Source: Felis catus (taxonomy: Eukaryota). Taken from it: 64,000 nucleotides of DNA. Under the pieces are notes generated by a model that saw nothing but the letters and a program-made list of their open reading frames with translations, did no database searches and was not told the DNA's origin. Where the stretch lies: the NCBI RefSeq assembly GCF_018350175.1, contig NC_058368.1:235292001-235356000 (forward strand), read 5' to 3'. A program made the translations under genes and the position numbers. This document shows positions 1-12,438 of this stretch, piece by piece (the stretch's first letter is position 1; each line of letters opens with the position of its first letter).

Positions 1-24
1 ACTTAAGCAATGTATGCATAGGAA

Positions 25-190
25 TTCACTTCACCCTTGTAACAATCCATTTTACAGACGGGTAAGTTGTGCACAGAGAGGTTGGTTAAGTGGCCAGAGG
101 TCGCAGGCCTCCTCTGTGGTCATATTCCTAGGGATGGAATAGCCGGGCCCCCAGTCCGCCCCGAGGGCCTGCGCTATGACCTTTCTGTTC
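25..190. mobile_element. MIR SINE fragment
   Basis: Degenerate MIR core: ccattttacagacgggtaagttgtgcacagagaggttggttaagtggccagaggtcgcag. Confidence 0.6.
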
Positions 191-559
191 TGCCTTCATG
201 TAAGAGCGTGTTTCCTCCTCTGGAAAATGAAGTAACAACTAGCTAGTAAGGTCATACAGGAAGATCCTTGCTAATTACGAAACCACTGATGAACCGCATT
301 CCGGGAGCAGGAAGAACCAGAAAGGGAACCTTGCTGGCCCCAGATGACCAGAGGCCTAGTCAGCTCCAGCCACGTGAGCCTCTGATCCCCGAGTCCAGTG
401 TCAAGCTGGCTCATGGACAGGAACAACTATGCACATGTTTAACTCCACCCTCACGACAGCCTCTGTGCAACGGACACTTACACCCGTCCTCTTCCGCGTG
501 CCAGGACCAACCTACAGAAGTTATCCTTAAAAACTGGCAGTTTTGTTTCCTTCACCTAA

Positions 560-880
560 TGGGGATTCCAGAGGCACTGGTTGCCAGCAATGATTCAGTG
601 ACTCAGTCCGGATGTCTGGAAGCAGTCTGCTAGTCTCTTGGCCTTCCCTCAAGGTCACAAGATGGCTGCTGTGATTCCAGCCATCACACCCAAACCGCAA
701 GCAACAGAAAGAAAGAGCCGAAGGGCAAAGGGAGAATGCTAAGTGCCAGCTGAGCCTTCTGCCTTTTCAAGTTTTCCTAGAAAGCTCACCCCAGGACACG
801 CATCTGTCAGAACAGTTTCACATGGCGACATCGTGAGCAAAGGAGGCTAAGAAATAATACTCCCTGATCTGAGTTCACTG
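560..880 (-). mobile_element. Old MaLR LTR (MLT1J/K/L-like); probably resumes at ~1405-1450 after a nested LTR
   Basis: Motifs ggtcacaagatggctgctg and cacatggc...gcaaaggaggctaagaaat. Confidence 0.55.
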
Positions 881-904
881 CTGCTCGAGAATGCTGTTTC
901 CATG

Positions 905-1402
905 CGAGCATTATTTTTCTATTGCTTCCCTAAGAGAATACCGCAAACGTAGTGGCTTGAAACAACACACATGTATTCTTCTCCTCCGGTGTTAGAGATC
1001 GGTGTCTGACGTGCCTCACCGGGCTAAATTGGAGGTGTGGGCAGGGCTCTGTTCTTTTCTGCAGGCTGTAGCAAAGCATCCGTTTCCTTGGCTTCTCTGG
1101 CTCCCAGAGGCCACGTGCATTCTCTGGTTTGGGGCCCCTTGGGTCTTGAAAGCCAGCAAAGCCTCGTGGAGTCCTCTCGAACTTTGGTCTCTCTGGTTCT
1201 CCCTCTTCTGTCTCCCTCTTCCACTTTCAAGGGCCCTGTGATTACTTTGAGCCAACGCTGACAACCCAGAATCCTACCCCCACCTCAAGGCCTTCAGGGG
1301 CCTCAGTGCCCCTGTGCCGCGTAAGGTGACCCATTCACAGGTCCCAGGAAGTAGGTCGTGGACATCTTTGGGGGGAGGGGTGTCATTTTCCTGCCCACCA
1401 CA
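905..1402 (-). mobile_element. MaLR LTR (MLT1C/D/E-like)
   Basis: ataccgcaaacgtagtggcttgaaacaacac...cattcacaggtcccagg...ggacatctttgggg...cctgcccaccaca. Confidence 0.75.
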
Positions 1403-2191
1403 GTTGGAAAGGAAATAGACACTGGCTGGGCCACCAGCAACATCTACCCCTTGGGTAAGTGCCTGGATCCTTGCAGTAAAATGTTCAGTGAAAATAATCC
1501 CAGTTTCCTCTCTGGGCAGGGTTATAATATCAAGGAACGCAAGAAATAGCCACCAAGTACCTGGTTTTGTTTGGCACTGAAATTGGAAAGTGAGGCATGA
1601 GAGGGCTGACCGGCCTGCTCAGGTCACGGAGCAGCAGAGCTGGGGCTGCTCGTCGGGAATGGGGGGTGGAGGGTCGAGGTCGAGCTGGGACCTGGTCCTG
1701 GGTCTGCGTCCTCACGCCCCAGACGCGGCTCCTCCCCGGCACCCCGCCCTCCTGCCTTCCCCACCCAAGGCGTCAGGACTCCTGGGCCGTCCCTTTACGT
1801 TTGGGTGCACGAAGGGGGTGGGGGTGGGGACTGTGCTCGGCAGTCCCGCCCACCCCGCGCAAGGAATCAGATACTAAATAGTCACACTTCAGGACTCTGC
1901 GGTCTAGTCGCGACCCTCCCACCCGCGGTCCGCGAACGCAGGTGAATGGGCGTGGCTGCGCGACCAGGGCACTCTGTTCCCCGAGGCACCCAGCCCAGCC
2001 GGGGGCACAGCTGGCAGTTTGTCTCAGAAAGCTGCCGTGGACGCTGCGCTGGCCCGGGCCGAGCCTCGTCGCACCGAGTGGTCACGCCAGGGGAAATACG
2101 GGGGCCTCCGGGCATCCTTGTCAACCTGCCGGTACACAACCTTGTTTTACGTGCGTCTTTGTTTCAAGACAGCTTGTCTGCAGTAGAGTTG

Positions 2192-3562
2192 TTGCAAAAT
2201 CAACCCCGCGATGAGATGCCACCTCACAGCTGTCAGAATGGCTGGAATTCACTCAGGAAACGGCGGGTGTTGGCGAGGATGCAGAGAAAGGGGATCCCTC
2301 TGGCACTGCTGGTGGCAGTGCAAACTGGGGCGGCCGCTCCAGAAGGCAGCCTGGAGGTTCCTCGAACAGTTAAAAATAGAACTACCCTGCGACCCAGCAA
2401 TCGCACTGCTAGGTATTTATCCAAAGGATACAGGAATGCTGACTCCAAGGGGTCCACGCACCCCAGCACTGTCAACAATAGCCAAAGTATGGAAAGAGCC
2501 CGAATGCCCATCGACCGACCCAGGGATAAAGAAGATGGGGGTTTAGGTACACAATGGAACGTCACTCGCAACCAACAAGAATGGAATCTTGCCATTTGCA
2601 ACAATGTGGATGGAATTAGAGGGTATTGCGCTAAGCGAAGTAAGTCAGGGAAAGACAAACGGGATTTCACTCAGATGGGGAATTGCAGAAACACAACAGA
2701 CGAACACAGGGGAAGGGAAGGAAAAGTAAGATAAAAACAGAGGGAGGCAAACCATAAGAGACTCTTAGGTACAGAGAACAAACTGAGGGTTGATGGAGGG
2801 GCGGTGGGTGGGGGGCGTGGGTCAAATGGGCGCAGGGCATCCAGGAGGGCACTTGTCGTGATGAGCGCTGGGTATTAGATGCAAGCGATGCATCACTAGA
2901 TTCTCCTCCTCAAACCAAGACTACACTGTACGTTAACTAAGTTGAAAATAAATTAAGCAAAAACAGAATAAAAATAATAATAAAATATAATTAATAAAAT
3001 AAAATAATTTAAATAATAAATTAAATAATAATTTAAATAATTTAATATAATTATATAATAATTATATAATATAATATAATAATTATATATAATAAATATA
3101 TTATATAATATAATAATTATATATAATAAATATAATAAATATAATATAATAAATATAGTATAATAAATATAATATATATTAATATATACAATAATATATA
3201 AATAATATTATTTAATAATTTAAATAATAATTTAATAATTTAAATAATAAATTAAATAACAATTTAAATAATTTAATATAATTATATAATAATTATATAA
3301 TATAATAATTATATATATAATAAATATAATAATAAATATAATATAATAATAAATATAATATAATAAATATAATATATATTATATTGATATATACAATAAT
3401 ATATAAATAATATTATTTAATAATTTAAATAATATTTTAATAATTTAAATAAAAATTTAATATATGAATATAATAATATAATTTGATAATTTAAATAATA
3501 ATTTAAAAATAATTTTAAAAAAGAATAAAAATAATAATTTTTAATAATAAAAAAAATAATAG
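2192..3562 (+). mobile_element. 5'-truncated carnivore L1 (ORF2 C-terminus, 3'UTR and expanded AT tail)
   Basis: ORF 2211..2546 resembles the ORF2p C-terminus (HLTAVRMA...HCWWQCKL...WRFLEQLKIELPCDPAIALLGIYPKD); TSD AGTAGAGTTG at 2182-2191 and 3563-3572. Confidence 0.92.
2945..3562. repeat. Almost pure A/T low-complexity array derived from the L1 tail
   Basis: ~600 bp of TAA/TATAA/AATT units with very few G or C. Confidence 0.95.
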
Positions 3563-3684
3563 AGTAGAGTTGCCTCATTAACACTGAAGCTGGGCCGCCT
3601 GGAGCCATCCTGTGGAGCAGAGCGGGTTCACCTGTGTGCACCCACCTGGCTGTGGCTCCCCCCCCCCCCCCCGGCACCGCTTCC

Positions 3685-4038
3685 CACCTGCTACTGACTG
3701 TGCCCCGCCCCCCCAAATTCCCATGCGGAAGCCTGACCCTCAGCGGGATGGTATCTGGAGATGGGGTCTTTGAGGGGACCTCAGGTCTCCCCGAGGCCCT
3801 GGAGGTGGCACTGCCATGGTGGGAGCAGCGTCCTCATAAGAAGAGACACCAGAGAGGTTGCTTCCTCTGTGTCCTCTCTGACACGCAAGGATGAAGCAAG
3901 ACAGCCCTCTGCAACCCCAGAGCCACCCTCGCAGAGTCCGCCAGCACTTCGATATCTAGGGTGATGAGAAATACACGTGTGCCACTCGAGCTGCCCAGTC
4001 TGTGCTGACTTCTCACGGCAGCCCGACAGACGGAAACA
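3685..4038 (+). mobile_element. MaLR LTR (MLT1A-like)
   Basis: cccccaaattcccatgcggaagcc...ggtatctggagatggggtctttgagg...ataagaagagacaccagaga...gagaaatac...gcagccc. Confidence 0.75.
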
Positions 4039-4214
4039 GTAGCCCCGCCCCCTTGCTCCCCAACACCACAGGCATCAGCCAGCAGCACATAATCCTTTCC
4101 TCAGGCTCCGCCTTCTGGAGAACGCAGGTTTGGTTCCAAGCATTCCATCTTTCAAATGGAGATCAGAAGGCTGGGGACGGAATCACATGCGGAGAAGCCG
4201 ACACTTCTTGGGCG

Positions 4215-4390
4215 TGAGCCGTATACTGACACTGTGCTCAGCCGTTTACATTCAGCACCTAGTCCTCAAACAACCCGTGCGGGGATCCTGTTTCACGAAG
4301 CAGGAAAGTGAGGCAGGGAGACTTGGAGAGATTTGGCCAAGGTCAAGTTGTGGGTTCAGAAGCTGCACAGGGCTCCACACTTGCAGGTCT
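4215..4390. mobile_element. MIR fragment
   Basis: tagtcctcaaacaacccgtg...gcaggaaagtgaggcagggagac...tttggccaaggtca. Confidence 0.55.
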
Positions 4391-4423
4391 GGCCCCGGAC
4401 GGCCCTTCTTTACATGATCTCTA

Positions 4424-4642
4424 GGGGCGCCTGGGTGGCGCAGTCGGTTAAGCGTCCGACTTCAGCCAGGTCACGATCTCGCGGTCCGGGAGTTCAAGCC
4501 CCGCGTCAGGCTCTGGGCTGATGGCTCAGAGCCTGGAGCCTGTTTCCGATTCTGTGTCTCCCTCTCTCTCTGCCCCTCCCCTGTTCATGCTGTCTCTCTC
4601 TGTCCCAAAAATAAATAAATAAACGTTGAAAAAAAAATTTTT
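4424..4642 (+). mobile_element. SINEC_Fc (felid Can-SINE), young
   Basis: ggggcgcctgggtggcgcagtcggttaagcg head, (CT)n, A-tail; TSD tttacatgatctcta at 4409-4423 and 4643-4657. Confidence 0.97.
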
Positions 4643-4888
4643 TTTACATGATCTCTAAAGCCAGAGGTGGCTCGTAGATGATGGCCTCCCTTCCCCTGCA
4701 TCTGCGTTTACCATTATGATAGAACATGGGCTTTCTTTAGCTGAACGTACTTTTGTAACATGATAATCCCCAGATGCGTGCCTCTAGCTCCCATGACATC
4801 TCCTATCAGCACCCTCCCACGCTGGGAATGGAGTCTCAGAAAAACACAAAATGAATGGACTGTAGAACGTAGGCCATTAAATTATTCT

Positions 4889-5123
4889 TTTTTTTTTTAT
4901 TTTTAAAAAAAATTTTTTTTCAACATTTATTTATTTTGTGGGGGGAGAGAGACAGAGCATGAACGGGGGAGGGGCAGAGAGAGAGGGAGACACAGAATCG
5001 GAAACAGGGTCCAGGCTCCGAGCCATCAGCCCAGAGCCTGACGCGGGGCTCGAACTCACGGACCACGAGATCGTGACCTGGCTGAAGTCGGACGCTTAAC
5101 CGACTGCGCCACCCAGGCGCCCC
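4889..5123 (-). mobile_element. SINEC_Fc, young
   Basis: Full reverse copy; 18-bp TSD aggccattaaattattct at 4871-4888 and 5124-5141. Confidence 0.97.
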
Positions 5124-7064
5124 AGGCCATTAAATTATTCTGCAAGATCCTTAAACGTGCCGAAGTGTCCATCTCAATAAATATTTATTCTCAGAAGCTG
5201 GTGTTATTTCTGAAACGACGTGCAGTGTATTGATTCTTATTATAGCCCTGAAAAATCATTCAGTTTGATCGTAGTTAGTTCTGCTTGACTTAACGATTTT
5301 GCAAGTAACTTTTTGATTCCAGGAAAACAGATGAATTAAAAGTCGACTGCAGGAATGGAGTCACACTTGAGTTCAGAGCCCTCACGCTTTTTTCCCCGTA
5401 TTTTCTGCCCACACTCTCCTCTCGCCCCTTTCCTTTCAACCTTAGAAGAAATGTATTATCACTCGTGGGAAGAAAGCCAGCATGATACGCTATTTGCAGA
5501 TAATTGGAGATATTGATGCTGGCTACTTTCCGTGGTTCTTGGGAGGTTCTCAGGCACAAGCTGAGCCCAGGGCCCCAGCGGACGGCCCCCCGGGAGAACA
5601 GCAGGTCGAGGAAGGCAGCAGGCAAGGATCTTCATGCCAGAACTAAAGGGTGAAAGCACAGAGCTTGGGCTCAGAGTGGGGGACAGGGAGGCAGCCTCCT
5701 CAGGAAGGCTGCAGGGGGTGAGCCCTCGGCTGCTGAGAAGCATGGTACTTGTCCAGAGACTCAAGGCAAGGAAATCCCAGATACAGGTTCCATGAGCAAA
5801 GCCACAGGGGATGGAAGTTCGCCCAGCTGGGTGTTCACAGCGCAGATGGTGTGTGACAAGATGGGACTGGAGACGCAAGGGGCGAATGCTGGTCTCCCCG
5901 CGGGCCCATCAAAGAGCCAGACTGGCAGGTGAGTGGAGGCAGGTGATCTGTAAAGGCAGTGAAATTAGCATTCTACCAACCAGCAGGGGAAACCGATCCA
6001 AGCCTGGAACGAGGCGAAGCCTTCCTGTGTGCCATGTCCAAGGCGAGGGAGGGGTGTGAGGGGATGGACGGGTTTCCCGGCCCCACCCGGACCCCCGTAG
6101 GTCTATGCCTTTGAAAGGGAGGGAAGAAAGAGAGGGGGCGAGGTGCCGGGACAGGAGCGCGTGCATCATCTGGAGGACGGCAAGGGAGGGTCCATCGTGG
6201 TGTGCAGCCAGGTCACGTAACGTCCTTAAGAGGAACCGGAGATCGGCTACTGCTTCAGCGTTTCTTTCCAAGCCCCAGCCTTCACCTTCCTTCTGCTCGG
6301 GAACCCGGGGCCTATCCCAGTTTGGATGCGACTGTCTTCTTCAACGGTGTGCCGATGACAACCCTACGCGATCGGATACACTGAGGATAGCGGGCTGCAG
6401 CTGGACCCCCTTGTGGGATTCTGCAGTCCACCTGGTGACCCCACGTGAGACGGAAGATGGCGCGGCTCTCAAGAGGCAATGGTGCGACTTGGAAAGGAGC
6501 TGCCGATCTGGGGACACAGAAGCAAAGGGCTCCATACATCCCGAGAGGAGGGGTGAGTGGGGAGGCGGAGGGTGAGCGGGACCACATGTGTGCTTTGTGT
6601 CGGCGTGGGCTGGGGTGGCAGGGTCCAGACAGGGTGGTCCAGCCCCCATACCCGTTCACTCCGGGGTTCCGGTCCCAACCAAGCAATTCATCCTATGATG
6701 ACTCTGAGAACCGACATTCACCCACCCGGTGTATTCACTCTAGAGTAGCCAACGTGATTGCCCTCAGCAGGAAGTTTATCACACGGGTATCAGACCGAAA
6801 CCCTCACAAACCAGAGATGAAGAGATTGCCGCTCAACAAGTTTGCAGTCAACCACGGCTTTTCATTGAGAAGGTAATGAACAGGCACATCATGAAGAAGT
6901 ATACGATGAGCACTACAGCACTGTTTTAGGGAGTCTGGATTCAGAAAGATGAATGCCCTGGTCCCCCAAAATGCCAGCCTGAAGACGCCCTCATCAATCA
7001 CTTTAAGAATGTTTCTTTCCAAATAAATGACCTTCCCACCAAGTCACCTGCTTCCTCTGCATTG

Positions 7065-7495
7065 GGAGTATGGGTTCTCCGGAGACAGAGACCAAGAGGA
7101 CACGTATTGGTCGGGAACATGTAGTTCTGTGTCTCTGGAGAACCCTGACGAACCCAACACCGACAGATGATCAATAGATGATAGAAATTGGTCTCAGATA
7201 TATCAGATACAGATACACAGACATAGAGAGACCTAGATATGACATGTAGATCTCTGTATCTATTTGTAGACAAATAAATCTAGATATCTATACACGTCTC
7301 TACATCTATATAGTTACCTAGATGGACACAGATTAGAGAGATTATGTCTATCTATAGACTTATATAAACCTATATATCTATTGCAGATGTGAACCACACT
7401 TGGAAAATACCCTCACAGGGACGTGGAGATAGGTGTTTGACCACAGCTGGGCACCACAGCCCAGCCAAGCTGGTGCATAACGTTAACCATCCCAG
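7065..7495 (-). mobile_element. MLT2 (ERVL) LTR remnant with internal TAGA/TCTA-type simple repeat (~7165-7385)
   Basis: gggttctcc(g)gagac terminus and aaaataccctcacag...tgtttgacca...ctgggcacc...gcccagccaag...taaccatc. Confidence 0.65.
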
Positions 7496-7779
7496 CTGGT
7501 ACGTACTTTCTTCCCTCTAGAACTTCCATGGGGTGGGAACAGTCATCTTTCCCCAGAGAGCACACGTGCCAGTGAGTCCACCAGCCACAGGTCCCAAGGC
7601 AGAGGGAAGTCAGGTGGTAGGAAACTGAGGAAGGTGGGGGGCCTGGGAGGGCAGGCCGAGCTGGCTGTTCTGGGGGCATTCTGAAGGTCAGATGCTTTGT
7701 TCCCCAGGAAATTTCCCTGAAGGTGACTTCAGGTCTGCTCTGTGAACCTCAAGGGTGGAAAGTACCCAATTTCACACAA

Positions 7780-10700
7780 GGGAAAAAAAAAGGTCAATGT
7801 AATATACACACATTGAAATGCTCAGATCTCGAGTGCATTGTTCTACAAGTTCTGTGAATATCCACTGAGGCACACAGCACCTTCCTGCATGGAAAGTTGC
7901 CTCGTTCCTCCCTGGTCAATCCCTCCCTCCCTGAGGCAAGCTCTGATCCTGATTCCTATCACCATAGGCCTCTTTTACTTATTCCTGAAGTTTATATCTA
8001 CAGAATTACACAGTATGTGCATTTTCGCGTTTGGTTTATTTCTATTATTTCTGAGACTTACACATCGCGTGTACATGTAGTTAATTTCTTCTCATTGCCG
8101 AGTAAAATCCCACTGTGTGGACAAAGCATGGTTTATCCATTCTGTTGATCAATAATCCACACGTGACTATTAGAAAGGTCTTATGAAAGACTTTCCATAC
8201 ACACGGACACGTTTATTTGGACAATTTACCCAGGAGTGGGATTTCCGTGTCATAGAAGCAGATTTACCACTTTAAGAAACGGACAGCTTGCCACAGCGGT
8301 TATATTCCCGCCTACAACGTGTGAGAGTCACCGTGTCCTTTGTGTCCTCCAGGCTTTTCTGTGGTCACCCCTGTGCATTCCAGACATTCTAGTGCAGCAT
8401 GTGTATCATTATATTATAGCCAATGCTGCATTGGGTTTTTAATGTGCAAGCTTCTTGATGATTAATAAAGTTCAGTAGGTTTTCACAGGTTTATTGACCT
8501 GTGCGTGCGAAGTGCCTATTTGCCTTTATCGCTTTTGAAACTGTATGGCCCCTTATTATTGAATCCAGGAGTCCCTTATATATTCTGATTACAAATACTT
8601 GGACTTATGAATATGTCTTCATAGTCTGTGACTTGCTTATTTTATTGATAGTGTTTTGTGATGTAGAATTTTTTCTTTCCATGAAGTCTAATTCATCATT
8701 TTTTAAATTTTGTGAGCATGTCTTTTGACTCATTAGAAACCTTTGCTTACCCCAAGGTCACAAATATGGTCCTTTGTGTTTTCTCATTTTCTTGTTTACA
8801 TTACCTTTACATTTTGGTCTATCTTAACTAGGATCTTGTATGGAGTGAATTCCATACAACGTTTTAAATGGATCTCATGCAAAGCACATTGTAAGACCTA
8901 AATTACAGGGTATTAATATAGAGCAGTGGGATGGTATACTCCTTCCTTCCTCAATTTGGCATTTAATACAGATTTTGACGACCTGGGGGCATAAGACAGC
9001 CCCCTGAGATCTGCCTGCTCTTCTAGCATTTCCAGCTACTCTCCAGGGCCCCACTCGGACCTATCGGCCACACTTGTCTATCGCTGTCCGTGTCCTTGCC
9101 ACCGAAATAGCACTTCCTTTGCATCCCTTTCTTTGCATCTCCAGATGGATTCACCTCCCTTGATTTCTTCCTCTCTCTACTTCTAATACACACACACACT
9201 TATCATGTCCTTTATATGTATACAAATGCGTACCTTTTCTGGTGCTCTTTATCGCTCCCTACAGATTCAGAATTGGAGCTGGCATTATTCTTCAGCCTGA
9301 AGAAATTATTTTAGTGTTCCCTGTAGAGAAGATTCCATCGGGAGAAGTGCTCTTAGCTTTTCTCTTCTCAAAACTTATTTAAGTTAATCTTTTCACTTTG
9401 AGATAGAATTAGATTCATAATCAACTTTAAAGAACAGAGGGATTCTGTGTATCCTGTACTCAGTTTCCTCCAACGATAACACCTTGTAAAACTACCCTAC
9501 GATACCACAGCCAGGATACTGACACTGGGGCAGTCAAGATACGGAGCCTCCGTCACTACAGGATCTATTATGGCGCCTCTTTTAAGAAATACCTCACACG
9601 CTCTAACCCGTCGGTGACCCCTAGTGACCACTAATCTGTCTCCCCTTTCTGCAACGTTGCCATTTCAAGAATGAAATTACACAGGCTGTAACAATTTGGG
9701 ATTGTCTTAGCTTCGTTTTGTAAGGCTATTTTTCAGGATATTGAATTCTGGACTGACAGCTGTTTGCACGTGCACGCACGCGTGCGTGCACGTACACGCA
9801 TGCGTGAACATCCTCTCTTTTTCCCGATCGGTGTTTTCCGAGCGTTTTGGAATCGTGCGTTGATGTCTTGCGTCAATTTTAGACCATTCGGAGCAAATAT
9901 TTCATTAAATTTATTCTTCCTCATTCTCTTCTCCTTCTCAGATTCCAATTACAATGCTGCACCATTTGATATTGTCCCGTAAATTAAGACATTTTTATCT
10001 ATTGTTTTTTTCTGTTGTTTTATTTTTTTTTAAATATTTTTCCTCTTTGCATTTCAGTTTAGAGCCTTCCAATTAACCTGTCCTCAAGTTGACCGATCAT
10101 TTCCTCTGCTGACTCACTCTGATATTAAACCCAATAAAATATTTATTTCTGATACTATATCTCTCACTTCTAGCATTTTTACTTGATTTGTTTGATACTT
10201 TCCACGCGTCTGCTAAAATTCACCATCTGTTCATATCTACCGCACGCTTTTCCCAAGAGATCACTTAGCATATTTCTAGTTATTTTACAGCTTTTGTCAG
10301 ATAATTCCAACATCTGAGCCATCTATGGGTCTACTCTTTACTGTTTCCTTTCTTCATCATGGTATATGAGAACAGTAGAGACTGAAGTAAATAGTATTTT
10401 TATCTCAAAGGGCACTTCCTTTCTGGCTCAGGCCACTGGTTCGGAGGGACCGAGTAAATGTGTCTCACCATTAAGCCAGGTCTGAGCTTCTTGGCAAGTG
10501 TAGTTAATTCACCACGACCTTCAAATGCCCGTGGACAAGCCCCCCAGGTCTCTTGCTCATGCCCAGCCCTCAGCAGCTGACAATCCACAGCGCCTCTGAC
10601 TGACTGACGTCAGTTCTCGTGTGCTGCTTCTCCCCTCCTCTTGTAGGTGGTTGTCTTGGACTTGGAGGAGGTGCCAGGAACGTTGGGGGAATCTCCAGCT

Positions 10701-11500
10701 TCCTGTCCAGCCCTGATCCTGAGCACTCGAGGAGGGCCTGTGGGAAAGACCGGTTCTGCGACTGGGGCTCCTCGGAATTCCAATCCGTCAGCTTCGTGTG
10801 GCCGTGCAAAGACTTTTAAAATTCACACCCACTTCTCCTTATCCCCATCTACGGCAGAATCCTGTTTGCCTTGTATGTACCCCAAGAATTTGAGTTGCTC
10901 TGGGTCTCTTCTCGCCTCTGAAAACCTCGCCATTTCTTGGAATTAAGTTCCTTATGGGATTTTCCCCCCCACATTTTAAGCTCTCTCGCTGGTTTGGAAA
11001 GACCACGATTTCGTGGCTTATACGTCTTGTTTGGGTTATCAAGAGCATCGGTCTCTTGGGAGACATCTTCCACGCCTCTCACCCTCTATTTCCTATCATT
11101 TTTTCTCTTGAGTTGTTTTCTGTAATTATTTGCAGAGCACTCTTATACCAATAACTCCCGATTTGTAACTAATCTGCTTGTACCTGTCTCCCGGCTTTAT
11201 GCTTTGAGATACACACGTGCGTGTCTGCGTCTTGTTTTTAGTTCTGTTTCGTTTTTCCCACCGATTGTCTGATAAACCTCCATCATCCCTTGTCCTCCTG
11301 TCATGCTTCCATCTTCCCGTCCAATTTCTTTGAAATGTGAAATACTTATTGTGTGTATTCTAAATCTGGGAAATAAGACATACACAAAGCCCATAAATCT
11401 GGAGTTTGTTCTTACTGGAAGCTCTCGTCTCTTCGGTAGTTTTATGGGTATGAGTATGAACTCATGCTCCTTGGAACTTTACCTGTGGGAATTCTTTAAG
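7780..11500 (-). mobile_element. Fragmented ancient L1 (L1M-type) cluster, several pieces
   Basis: T-rich antisense L1 motifs (gtttatccattct, gaagtctaattcatcattttt, tgcttaccccaaggtcacaaa, gataattccaacatctgag); boundaries approximate. Confidence 0.7.
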
Positions 11501-12208
11501 GACTGGGCTTTAAAAACTCTTTCCTCCAACAAGGATTTCCATCCGACTTTTCCAGGCGCTTTAGCACAGCTAAATTGAGATCGCTGCAAACTCACCTGGA
11601 GGGACTGGGGCCACACAAGTGGTGCACATTCCTATCCACACTCACGAGTGCAAGACGTGGGGTAGGAATTCTCATGCAAGATACTGTTTTGTGTGTGTGC
11701 TGGGGGTGATTTTTCCTGTTCCATCCATAGCTGGGATGGAGGGGGGCTCCTGTCCCTACCTTCTCCTTCTGTGGTTTTTTCTTTTCCTTGGCTTGACCTA
11801 GAATTTCATCCCTACCTGTGTCCTGGCTTCATGGGGTGCGGTTGTCACTGATGGAACCCGTGTTCTTCTCTCCCCAGGTCTTGTCACCTCTCCCCTTCCG
11901 TGTGGCCCGCACACCTCAATCTGTCTGCCACCTGAGACTGGCTTACTCCCTCCCATTGTCACGCAGGCAGATGCTGAAATGATGCCTCCCCGAGTGGATT
12001 TCAGCTTCCTTGTCCTGTCTCACCTTCAGCAGAGTTTCTTATTTTCTGCCAGCTCAACTGTGCACTATGTTTTAAATGTCTTACTCAGCATTTGTGAGTC
12101 TGCAATTCTGCAGGATTCCTTCTTTAACGTTTACTACCTCTATTGGGCTTTCCTGACAACTAGTGTGCAAGTTTGTGCTTTCCAGGGACCTCAGGATCTG
12201 TATTTTTA

Positions 12209-12438
12209 TTTTTTTTTAAAATTTTTTTCAACATTTATTTATTTTTGGGACAGAGAGAGACAGAGCATGAACGGGGGAGGGGCAGAGAGAGAGGGAGACA
12301 CAGAATCGGAAACAGGCTCCAGGCTCCAGGCTCCAAGCCATCAGCCCAGAGCCCGACGCGGGGCTCGAACTCACGGGCCGCGAGATCGTGACCTGGCTGA
12401 AGTCGGACGCTTAACCGACTGCGCCACCCAGGCGCCCC
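12209..12438 (-). mobile_element. SINEC_Fc, young, with an extra GGCTCCA unit
   Basis: 17-bp TSD caggatctgtattttta at 12192-12208 and 12439-12455. Confidence 0.97.

Noticed and set aside
1946..2734. 262-aa plus-strand ORF
   Set aside because: Off-frame read through a GC-drifted L1 fragment; the L1 ORF2-like frame is 2211..2546 and is truncated.
4424..4500. tRNA-like A/B box sequences
   Set aside because: These are the tRNA-derived heads of Can-SINEs, not tRNA genes.
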